Assembly: GCA_963696395.1 (NCBI GenBank)
Contig: CAVOJZ010000002.1
Location: 431,317-495,316 of the forward strand
DNA length: 64,000 nucleotides
Reading direction: 5' to 3'
DNA from: an uncultured bacterium
Lineage (GTDB): Bacteria > Patescibacteriota > Minisyncoccia > UBA6257 > 2-01-FULL-56-20
The notes under the pieces are model-generated. The model did no database searches. It was not told the DNA's origin and worked only from the letters and a program-made list of their open reading frames with translations. Below are positions 1 through 6,935 of the stretch, in pieces. Position numbers and translations under genes: made by a program. Position 1 is the first letter of the stretch. Every line of letters begins with the position of its first letter.

Positions 1-168
1 TTATTGCACGGGGAAAGACCGTCATTGAAATAGGCTCCACGCCCGAAGAAGCCTTAACTAAGCTCTGGCTCGCATCTAATGACAAGCAACGAGAATAGAC
101 ACTCAAAGCGTTAGCGATTATTAGTGATTCTGTGCGTCCCGATCACACAAACAGCTTAACTCTTACTA

Positions 169-639
169 ATGTTTGCAAACAAATACGAGCGAAGATTAGA
201 TGCAGTCATCGATACGATTGATATTTCAGATTACGTGATGCGATTTTTGGATGAGTTGGCCAAGAGTGAGAGTCGCAGGACAACGATAAGGGATGAGAGC
301 GACGCTTTCCGTATCAAGACGTTGATGGATTATCGAGCCAACACGACGCCAGAATCTATGCTTGAGCTATCCAGTCAACCGTATTGGAAGTATCAAAAGG
401 TCTCCTATGTCCGCTCAAATCTTGGGGACAGACGAGGATTTACGTTCTATTTCATATGCGAAAAATGTGGCCGCAACGCTAAACGACTTTACTACCACAC
501 CTATGTTGCCCCGCCGATATGTAGGCGGTGCTTCGGTCTCCCGTATCCGCAATCAACTCGACCCATGAAGAAAATATCTCGCTACCTGCGCAGACACCCT
601 GAAGCGGCGCGGCAGATTAGCGAATCGCTCAGTTACTAG
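169..639 (+). CDS. hypothetical protein with C-terminal CxxC...CxxC zinc-ribbon (island cargo)
   Basis: 156-aa ORF. Motifs FICEKCGRNAKR and PPICRRCFG form two Cys pairs. No recognisable family. Lies in the region upstream of the serine recombinase. Confidence 0.4.
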   Translation: MFANKYERRLDAVIDTIDISDYVMRFLDELAKSESRRTTIRDESDAFRIKTLMDYRANTTPESMLELSSQPYWKYQKVSYVRSNLGDRRGFTFYFICEKCGRNAKRLYYHTYVAPPICRRCFGLPYPQSTRPMKKISRYLRRHPEAARQISESLSY

Positions 640-715
640 CCGACAATTCCTAAGGCCGCCCTCTTAAAGATGCTAAAAGAAGAGGAAGAAACAGATCACG
701 GCTAGGTGCTACAAA

Positions 716-931
716 TCAAAACTGTGCATTGCAAGCACTAAAGCAAGCCTGTTCCTGAGTAAGAGTTTCCGGTGCGCTCGGCGTTTGAGCATCAAATTGG
801 TCAATGCATACGGCGTGGCACGCCGAGACACGCGCTGCTTGCGATTGGTTATTGTTATAGTTCCAACCCATGTAGAGAAAAATAGCAATCACTACCAATG
901 CTATAAGAATCCATGCTTGTCCTTTTGTCAT
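716..931 (-). CDS. small hydrophobic protein (single TM), hypothetical
   Basis: 71-aa ORF with one hydrophobic stretch (AWILIALVVIAIFLYMGW) and six Cys in the remainder. Directly downstream of the 955-1749 gene on the same strand. Confidence 0.3.
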   Translation of the reverse strand: MTKGQAWILIALVVIAIFLYMGWNYNNNQSQAARVSACHAVCIDQFDAQTPSAPETLTQEQACFSACNAQF

Positions 932-954
932 TTCAGTTTCTAATTATGTTCTTG

Positions 955-1749
955 CTATTGAAGGGCACTTAATTGCTCCTGATAAGTAAGCTGTAGCTGT
1001 TGCTCTTGGAGTTGAATCTGTTGAATTTGTGAGTTGGCGTCGTCCGTCGCTTTTTGAATCTGCCCATCCTGCAATTCCACACCTTCAGGAACCTGTTGTA
1101 TCGCCGCAACATTACTGTAGTATTGGGTCTTTATATTGAGAATCTGCTGATTCAGTGCGTTAAGCTGGTTATTATATTGGGTCGTCAGTGTATCGATCTG
1201 ATTTTGTGTTTGTTGTTGCGCGGCGGCGGCTTGCGATTGTTGCTGTTGGTACTGTGTCTGCTGCTGCTGTTGTTGTTGGCTTGGCTGGCAATATGCTCCG
1301 CCGCTTGCCGGACATACGAAATCTTCGCCTGCGGAACATGCCGTGTAGTAAGTGCCATTACACAAAGTGGCATTTGGCGGAGGCGTATTAACAACTGACT
1401 GCCGCTGCGGAGCCGTGGTCGCTTGCGGTTGATTTTGCGATGTCGATACTGGGCTTACAGAAGGGACTACGGAAATCTTCTTTGTAGAAGGCAACACGGA
1501 GGTACGCATTGAAGGAGTCGATGTCGGCGTCACCACCAACGCCTCAGACGATGATGTTGAATTTGCTTGCTGAACGGCAGCCTGAGGAATTGAACTGGTT
1601 TGGATTGTCGCCGTGCTATTTTGGAGCGGCGCAGAAACCAATCCGATAGACGCCATCAGACCGACGAACATTATAACTGTCTTATGGAAAAACGAACCAA
1701 AGAAGTTAAACATTTTAATGTTTTGATCTTTTCCTTGGCCGGAAACCAT
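955..1749 (-). CDS. secreted or membrane-anchored low-complexity protein (Ser/Thr/Pro-rich, poly-Q, coiled-coil C-terminus)
   Basis: N-terminal hydrophobic segment MFNFFGSFFHKTVIMFVGLMASIGLVSAP. This is followed by an S/T/P-rich region, a Cys-containing segment, a QQQQQQQ run and Q/N-rich heptad-like repeats. The real start may be the internal Met at about 1713. Confidence 0.45.
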   Translation of the reverse strand: MVSGQGKDQNIKMFNFFGSFFHKTVIMFVGLMASIGLVSAPLQNSTATIQTSSIPQAAVQQANSTSSSEALVVTPTSTPSMRTSVLPSTKKISVVPSVSPVSTSQNQPQATTAPQRQSVVNTPPPNATLCNGTYYTACSAGEDFVCPASGGAYCQPSQQQQQQQTQYQQQQSQAAAAQQQTQNQIDTLTTQYNNQLNALNQQILNIKTQYYSNVAAIQQVPEGVELQDGQIQKATDDANSQIQQIQLQEQQLQLTYQEQLSALQ

Positions 1750-1835
1750 AAAGCTCCCAGCCAGCGATGCCTTGCGGCACCCATAACCCTTTCGAGTTAT
1801 GACGTTTCCACGCGCTCTGACTAGGAGCTTGATGC

Positions 1836-2222
1836 GTGGAAACGCTTTTCTGCGCCATGCCCCTTACGAGGTTTAGGCGACTTTTATTAAATTATGCTTT
1901 CAGACTAGCACTACAGGTTGCTTTTCTCAAATCCTTGCAAAGAGCTATGATAAGAACCATGTACGTAAACGGAAGTTTTTATTGCCCAAATTGCAAAGGA
2001 TACACTGGCCATTTCACGTCGGATCGCAAAGCTCTGAGATGCGGCAAATGTAAATCCGAATTTGCTCTTGAGAGCGGCGAGGTGGTTTTGGATGGCAAAT
2101 TGGTGGAATGCTTTTCCTTCACGATGAAAGGGACGGTTTACATGTACGGCAAGCCACTTGACCAAAAAGAAATTCTGCCTAATAATAATCGAGAAGGTAA
2201 TTCAGAATTACCTGAGTCTTAA
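1836..2222 (+). CDS. hypothetical zinc-ribbon protein
   Basis: Motifs CPNCKG...CGKCKSE (two CxxC pairs). Followed by the hairpin terminator at 2276-2328. The true start may be an internal Met (MIRTMYVNG...). Confidence 0.4.
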   Translation: METLFCAMPLTRFRRLLLNYAFRLALQVAFLKSLQRAMIRTMYVNGSFYCPNCKGYTGHFTSDRKALRCGKCKSEFALESGEVVLDGKLVECFSFTMKGTVYMYGKPLDQKEILPNNNREGNSELPES

Positions 2223-2275
2223 AATATAATTTGGGTAACGAAGCACTCCGCCTGATATGATCGCCTGAGTGCAAT

Positions 2276-2328
2276 AAAGCCCTTGTCGACGCATGTGAGC
2301 AATCACGCGCCCCGACAAGGGCTTTTTT
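2276..2328 (+). terminator. rho-independent terminator-like hairpin
   Basis: 11-bp stem AAAGCCCTTGTCG / CGACAAGGGCTTT with a long loop, followed by TTTTTT. Confidence 0.45.
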
Positions 2329-2420
2329 CGTTTATCCATTTCAATGGGTGCGCCTTCAAGCCCTTTGCTTGCTGGGCGGGTCTTCACCCATTGAGACCTG
2401 CCAAGCAAAGAGAGGACTTA

Positions 2421-2576
2421 ATGTTATCGCTGGAACAATTGAGGAAGATAGATGAAGGAAATCAGCTCTCCGATCAAGAGCTTCTTGAGTTACGTGATGC
2501 ACTCTATCCAGTCCTTGAAAAAGTCCTCGATAAATACTTCGAAACCCTAGCCAATCCCGATGATTTGCATAGATGA
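2421..2576 (+). CDS. small hypothetical protein (about 52 aa, helical)
   Basis: In-frame ATG inside the 2283-2576 ORF (MLSLEQLRKIDEGNQ...). No family recognised. Confidence 0.25.
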   Translation: MLSLEQLRKIDEGNQLSDQELLELRDALYPVLEKVLDKYFETLANPDDLHR

Positions 2577-2616
2577 GAACATTTGCTATAATGGTATTAA
2601 GCGGTTAATCAATATC

Positions 2617-2778
2617 ATGAACAGAAAAACCATTAGCGAGGTCATGCGGGAGATGGGAAAGCGTGGCGGGATGGCCTCCGCTGAGGCACGGCGTAAAAGC
2701 GGGAAGATGAACGAATGGGCGGCAAATGTCCTTAAGGCGCGGCGAAAAAATAAAAAGATTAAGAAACCGAGACCATGA
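2617..2778 (+). CDS. small basic protein translationally coupled to the serine recombinase (possible excision or directionality factor)
   Basis: MNRKTISEVMREMGKRGG...KARRKNKKIKKPRP, Lys/Arg-rich. Its stop overlaps the recombinase start in an ATGA arrangement at 2775-2778. Confidence 0.35.
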   Translation: MNRKTISEVMREMGKRGGMASAEARRKSGKMNEWAANVLKARRKNKKIKKPRP

Positions 2779-4361
2779 ACCAGACGAAGGCACTAATTTA
2801 CTGTCGCGTCTCGTCGGAGCGACAGAAAACCGAAGGACACGGCCTTGATAGCCAAGAGCAACGATGTCGGCTTTATTGCGAGCAAAAGGGCTATGAAGTC
2901 GAAGGCAAGCCGTTCAGAGATAGCTTTACAGGCGCGGGTGACTTCATGGATCGTCCGGCGATGCGCGAATTATTAGGATATCTCGACAAGCACCCCCACC
3001 GGACTGATTATGTCGTTGTTTTTGATGATCTCAAACGATTTGCACGCGACACCATTTTTCATCTCAAGCTCCGACGGGAATTTAAGGCGCGAGGAGTAAA
3101 GGTTGAGTGTTTGAATTATAAATTCGATGAGACCGAGGAAGGTGAATTTATCGAGACCGTTCTAGCAGCTCAGGGAGAGCTTGAGCGAAAGCAAAATCGC
3201 CGCCAAGTAATTCAAAAACAACGGTCACGACTTGAGCTTGGCTACTGGCCGTTTTGCCCGCCGCCTGGGTTCCGGCACGTTAAAACAGCCGGACACGGCA
3301 AGCTCCTCACCCCTTACGAACCAGAATCATCTCTTATAAGAACTGCATTTGAAGGATTCGCAGTGGATCGGTTTGAATCGCAAAACGATGTTACCCGCTA
3401 CTTAGAAGAAGAAAAGTTTTGCGGCAAAAACAAAATACCCTTCCAGAGGGTGAATCGTCTTTTTATGCGCCTTCCGATCTATGCGGGATTTATCGAATAT
3501 GCGCCGTGGGAGGTTTCGCAACGGCAGGGGCATCATCAACCGCTTATAGATTTAAGAACCTATTATAAGATTTGCGAAAAATTGAACGGGCGCGCACCAA
3601 TACGGACACGAAAAGATATGAGGGAAGATTTTCCGTTGAGGCATACCCTTGTTGTGTGCGGCAAGTGTAGCCGCCAATATACGGCTTCCTATACAACCAA
3701 AAAGAAGGGCTATAAGAAACCATACTATCGTTGCAATAACACCGCCTGCCCTGAACACACCAAGAGCGTTCCGAAAGACCTCATGGAAAAACAGTTTAAA
3801 GCCATTTTACGAGGGATACGGCCGAAACCACTCGTTTTACAGATCAGCGAGGCAATGCTTTATGAACAGTGGCAAGGACGCGTCGCCAAACGTGCCGCAA
3901 ACGAAGGGAAAGAAGCCGTAGAGCTTGCCGGATTGCAAAACGAGATACGGGACACCGCTAAATTGGCGAAGCGGGCAAGTAGTGAGCGTGTCCGCTTAGA
4001 ATACGAAAAACAAATCGAGGAGCTAGCGGCACGAGAGGAAAAGTTGAAAGAAAAAAATGATCCAGCAAAGAAGCCGAAAATTGAGTTTAGAACCGCCTTG
4101 CGGATGGTGTTCGATTACCTAGAAAACCCATATGACAAGTGGGAAAAGGGAGACTTAAGCGACAAAAACTTGGTAATGAACCTCGTTTTTGAGGGTGTGC
4201 TTTTCTATGACCGAGGAATTGGATTTAGAACCGCTCCTTTAGCCCTTCCTTTAAGGGTTTTTGAGCATTTTGCCGTCTCTAAATCTCAGGGTGTGGAGAC
4301 GGGCGGAATCGAACCGCCGTCTAAAGAGGGTGCCAATGAGTCGTCTACGAGCGTAGTTTAA
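2775..4361 (+). CDS. large serine recombinase (resolvase/invertase-type catalytic domain, recombinase domain, zinc ribbon, coiled-coil)
   Basis: N-terminus ALIYCRVSSERQ...GHGLDSQ carries the serine-recombinase catalytic motif. Downstream features are CGKCSRQY...YYRCNNTAC and a coiled-coil. The last ~23 codons read into the 3' end of ssrA. Confidence 0.85.
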   Translation: MNQTKALIYCRVSSERQKTEGHGLDSQEQRCRLYCEQKGYEVEGKPFRDSFTGAGDFMDRPAMRELLGYLDKHPHRTDYVVVFDDLKRFARDTIFHLKLRREFKARGVKVECLNYKFDETEEGEFIETVLAAQGELERKQNRRQVIQKQRSRLELGYWPFCPPPGFRHVKTAGHGKLLTPYEPESSLIRTAFEGFAVDRFESQNDVTRYLEEEKFCGKNKIPFQRVNRLFMRLPIYAGFIEYAPWEVSQRQGHHQPLIDLRTYYKICEKLNGRAPIRTRKDMREDFPLRHTLVVCGKCSRQYTASYTTKKKGYKKPYYRCNNTACPEHTKSVPKDLMEKQFKAILRGIRPKPLVLQISEAMLYEQWQGRVAKRAANEGKEAVELAGLQNEIRDTAKLAKRASSERVRLEYEKQIEELAAREEKLKEKNDPAKKPKIEFRTALRMVFDYLENPYDKWEKGDLSDKNLVMNLVFEGVLFYDRGIGFRTAPLALPLRVFEHFAVSKSQGVETGGIEPPSKEGANESSTSVV

Positions 4362-4601
4362 CCGAAGTTAAGCGGAATGATTCTAATTTCGCATGCGGCG
4401 TAGAATCGTCAGCCACACGCTAGTCTCCTTATATAAGACCGGTATCAGCCGAAGAGACCCCGGCTGGCCGATCCCAGCTTACGCGAAAGCGAAGGCTGGA
4501 ACTGAAACCTTTCGGTTTGCAATTATATTTGATGCGCTGTAACGCACGCGCGTTCGGCCCGCAAACTCATGGACGCTCTTCATCGAAGCCAGTACGTCCC
4601 C
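4294..4601 (-). ncRNA. ssrA: tmRNA (ssrA)
   Basis: The reverse complement starts GGGGACG and ends ...GGCGGTTCGATTCCGCCCGTCTCCA. This gives a 7-bp acceptor stem with a G3:U70 wobble, discriminator A and a T-arm with loop TTCGATT. An internal tag ORF GCA AAC CGA AAG GTT TCA GTT CCA GCC TTC GCT TTC GCG TAA encodes ANRKVSVPAFAFA* (coordinates 4520..4479). An extended -10 TGgTATAAT and -35 GTGACA sit 7-8 nt upstream of the 5' G. Confidence 0.75.
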
Positions 4602-4608
4602 AGGCGGA

Positions 4609-4638
4609 TATTATACCACGCTATTTTTCCTCTGTCAC
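4609..4638 (-). promoter_or_regulatory. sigma70-type promoter of ssrA (extended -10)
   Basis: On the minus strand: GTGACA, a 17-nt spacer, then TGgTATAAT, with 7 nt to the tmRNA 5' GGGG. Confidence 0.5.
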
Positions 4639-5196
4639 CTTCTGCACGTTGGCACGTTTGAGGAGCTCCGCCTGGAACCATTCGGCGAGATCTTTATCGA
4701 GCGCGGGAAGCACGCCTTCGGATTCGCTGTCGCGCGGTGTTTCATCTTCCTGGCCCGCCGTGAGAATGATAATTCTCGAAAGCCCGAGCATCTGAAAATA
4801 AAGATCTCTTTTAATATCCACATCTTGAATCTGGCGATATGGGATAGCTACCTCTTCTTTATTTAAAATCCCTCGTTTGATCTTGAGCGAATCTTCGCCG
4901 AGGCAATATTTGTAATATCGATACGTGAGCCAAACCATAATGAGGGTGAAGGCAAGTACGAAGCCGGTGAGCGCGAGGCACAAATCGGCTGCCAGGAGAA
5001 CGTATGGCGCAAGATTCCCGAGTTGCTTCACAACAAGAAAAGGTTGGCCGGCCAGCACAAAAAGTCCGATGGAAATAATAAAAAGAATGATGGCGGCGTT
5101 AATTTCTTCGATCAAAAACATCCAGAACGTCTTGGGTCCGAGCGTGTGATAAACCTCTTGCGGCACCCCGGGGTGTACGATTGGTCCTTCGTCCAT
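4621..5196 (-). CDS. membrane protein with bacterial PH (bPH_2/YdbT-like) domain
   Basis: Two TM helices followed by YRYYKYCLGEDSLKIKRGILNKEEVAIPYRQIQDVDIKRD...LTAG, the bPH_2 signature. The longer track ORF extending to 5790 overlaps infC, so only the C-terminal 192 aa from Met-199 are called. Confidence 0.6.
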   Translation of the reverse strand: MDEGPIVHPGVPQEVYHTLGPKTFWMFLIEEINAAIILFIISIGLFVLAGQPFLVVKQLGNLAPYVLLAADLCLALTGFVLAFTLIMVWLTYRYYKYCLGEDSLKIKRGILNKEEVAIPYRQIQDVDIKRDLYFQMLGLSRIIILTAGQEDETPRDSESEGVLPALDKDLAEWFQAELLKRANVQKVTEEK

Positions 5197-5253
5197 GCCT
5201 CTATTATAGCAAGGATCGTTGACGTTCGCGCAGTTTGCTTTACAATGTAAGGT

Positions 5254-5760
5254 ATTCTGAAACCCCGAATCAACAACCAAATAACCGCCCCGGAGCTCCG
5301 CGTGATCGGCGAGAAGGGCGAAAATCTTGGCGTCATGCAACGCGCCGACGCCCTCAAGCTTGCGCGCCTCGAGGATGGAGTTGACCTCATCGAGATATCG
5401 GCGAACGCCAAGCCGCCGGTTGCCCGGCTTATGAGCTATGACAAGTTTCGCTATGAGGAGGAAAAACGAATGAAGAAAGAGCGCTTGGCGCAAAAGAGCG
5501 TCGGCCTCAAAACCGTACAAATCAGCGCCCGTGCGGCCCATAACGATCTCATGATCAAGGTGCGCCAGCTTGAAAAGTTTTTTTCGGAAGGTCATCCGGT
5601 TGAAGTGACCATGCGTCTGCGGGGACGCGAAAAGCGGAACAAGGATTGGGCGATGGAGAAACTCCTCGAATTCCTCAAACTCATCCCCGTGGAATATAAG
5701 AAGCTTTCCGAACCGAAATTCCTCGGCAACGGCCCCGCGGTGCAGATCGCAAAGAAATAA
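5254..5760 (+). CDS. infC: translation initiation factor IF-3
   Basis: (I)LKPRINNQITAPELRVIGEKGENLGVM...DYGKFRYEEEK matches the IF-3 N- and C-terminal domains. The frame is open from the ATT at 5254, and ATT is the conserved unusual infC start. The GTG at 5302 would truncate the N-domain. Confidence 0.8.
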   Translation: MLKPRINNQITAPELRVIGEKGENLGVMQRADALKLARLEDGVDLIEISANAKPPVARLMSYDKFRYEEEKRMKKERLAQKSVGLKTVQISARAAHNDLMIKVRQLEKFFSEGHPVEVTMRLRGREKRNKDWAMEKLLEFLKLIPVEYKKLSEPKFLGNGPAVQIAKK

Positions 5761-5815
5761 CCATCTCCGATCGAGCCCATTTGCATTCAAGCCACGCTTG
5801 TATTACACTATCCCC

Positions 5816-5989
5816 ATGTCAACGTCCAAGAGTTTGGGAAAGAGAATACGATTCACCAAGAACGGCAAGATCGTCCGGCGCCGGATGGCCGTGGATCATT
5901 TCCGCACCCGCAAGAGCACCAAAGAAAACCGGAATTCAACCAAAACGCTTTCACTGAATTACCCGATGAAGAAATTGTTAAACTATTAA
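5816..5989 (+). CDS. rpmI: 50S ribosomal protein L35
   Basis: Small basic protein MSTSKSLGKRIRFTKNGKIVRRR.. located between infC and rplT, which is the conserved operon order. Confidence 0.75.
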   Translation: MSTSKSLGKRIRFTKNGKIVRRRMAVDHFRTRKSTKENRNSTKTLSLNYPMKKLLNY

Positions 5990-6001
5990 TTTTGAAACGT
6001 C

Positions 6002-6349
6002 ATGCCGAGAGTCAAACGTGGAACCACTGCAAATAAGCGCCGCGCGAAAGTCCTCAAATACACCAAGGGCTTCCGTTGGGGCCGCAAGTCCAAAGAGCGC
6101 GCCGCAAAAGAAGCATTGCTTCACGCGTGGACGCACGCCTTCCGCGGCCGCAAGGAAAAGAAGCGTGTCTATCGCCAGCTCTGGAATGTAAAGATCAACG
6201 CCGCCGTCCACGAAGCCGGGACCAATTACAGCAAATTTATCGCAGCACTCAAGAAGCATAAAATCATTATCGACCGAAAGATCCTGGCGGACCTCGCCGA
6301 AACGGAACCGGCGGTGTTCAAGGAAATACTTTCAGCGGTCAGCAAATAG
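6002..6349 (+). CDS. rplT: 50S ribosomal protein L20
   Basis: MPRVKRGTTANKRRAKVLKYTKGFRWGRK... is the L20 signature. Confidence 0.9.
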   Translation: MPRVKRGTTANKRRAKVLKYTKGFRWGRKSKERAAKEALLHAWTHAFRGRKEKKRVYRQLWNVKINAAVHEAGTNYSKFIAALKKHKIIIDRKILADLAETEPAVFKEILSAVSK

Positions 6350-6352
6350 AAA

Positions 6353-6380
6353 AAACGAGTCGTGATGGCTCGTTTTTTGT
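6353..6380. terminator. rho-independent terminator after rplT
   Basis: AACGAGTCGTGATGGCTCGTTTTTT. Confidence 0.5.
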
Positions 6381-6391
6381 TTTCGGTTCCG

Positions 6392-6916
6392 TTATTCTTT
6401 TTCTTTTGCCGGCGGCGTTGCTCTCTGCGGATTACGCGGCCGCTGACGGGCGCGAAGGAAATCCCGGGCCTGCTTCAATACCTTTCGTGTGTCGCCATAT
6501 TTTTTCCCGATAACATTCAGTGCGTCGTTATAGAGGAACCAAGCATAGCCGCTATGTTCCCGGGGAGTGAGCTTTACATCCGCCTTGTGGGTTTCGGCGA
6601 GGAATAAAATGACCGTGTCGTAAATATGCTCATTCCCGATCCGGAACGAAAAGCGTTCATACGCGCGAAAGTTCGGCGCAATGCGAAGTTCGGATTTCTT
6701 GATGCCCGTCTCCTCTTCGAGCTCCCGCAGGGCCGCATCTATGCTTCGCTCCCCCGGCTTGAAGTGTCCCTTGGGAAAATTCCAGTAATTACCGCGGCGA
6801 TAAAGGAGTAGGAATTTTATCCCGTCCGTTGTTTTGCGATATACCACAAATCCGGCCACAACCTGTTTTTTGGTTGGTATCCTTTTGGATTCATCAATTT
6901 CGGGCATTGGAGTCAT
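6392..6916 (-). CDS. NUDIX hydrolase
   Basis: Nudix box GHFKPGERSIDAALRELEEETGI. Confidence 0.8.
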   Translation of the reverse strand: MTPMPEIDESKRIPTKKQVVAGFVVYRKTTDGIKFLLLYRRGNYWNFPKGHFKPGERSIDAALRELEEETGIKKSELRIAPNFRAYERFSFRIGNEHIYDTVILFLAETHKADVKLTPREHSGYAWFLYNDALNVIGKKYGDTRKVLKQARDFLRARQRPRNPQRATPPAKEKE

Positions 6917-6935
6917 TGGGAAATTTTAGCACTGT

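Noticed and set aside
1054-1398. Plus-strand ORFs antisense to the Q-rich gene (1054-1398, 1188-1391)
   Set aside because: Leu/Arg-rich mirror-frame artefacts of the low-complexity gene on the opposite strand.
3649-3921. Internal ORFs inside the recombinase gene
   Set aside because: Alternative frames within a gene with clear homology.
4294-4368. Stand-alone tRNA at the recombinase 3' end
   Set aside because: Only the T-arm and acceptor 3' strand are tRNA-like, with no D or anticodon arms within 75 nt. The matching 5' acceptor strand lies about 300 nt away, so this is the tRNA-like domain of tmRNA.
5302-5304. GTG as the infC start
   Set aside because: Homology to the IF-3 N-domain continues upstream, and the frame opens at the conserved-type ATT start.
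4621-5790. 389-aa minus-strand ORF from the track
   Set aside because: Its upstream two thirds are antisense to the clearly homologous infC gene. Only the C-terminal 192 aa (bPH domain) are kept.
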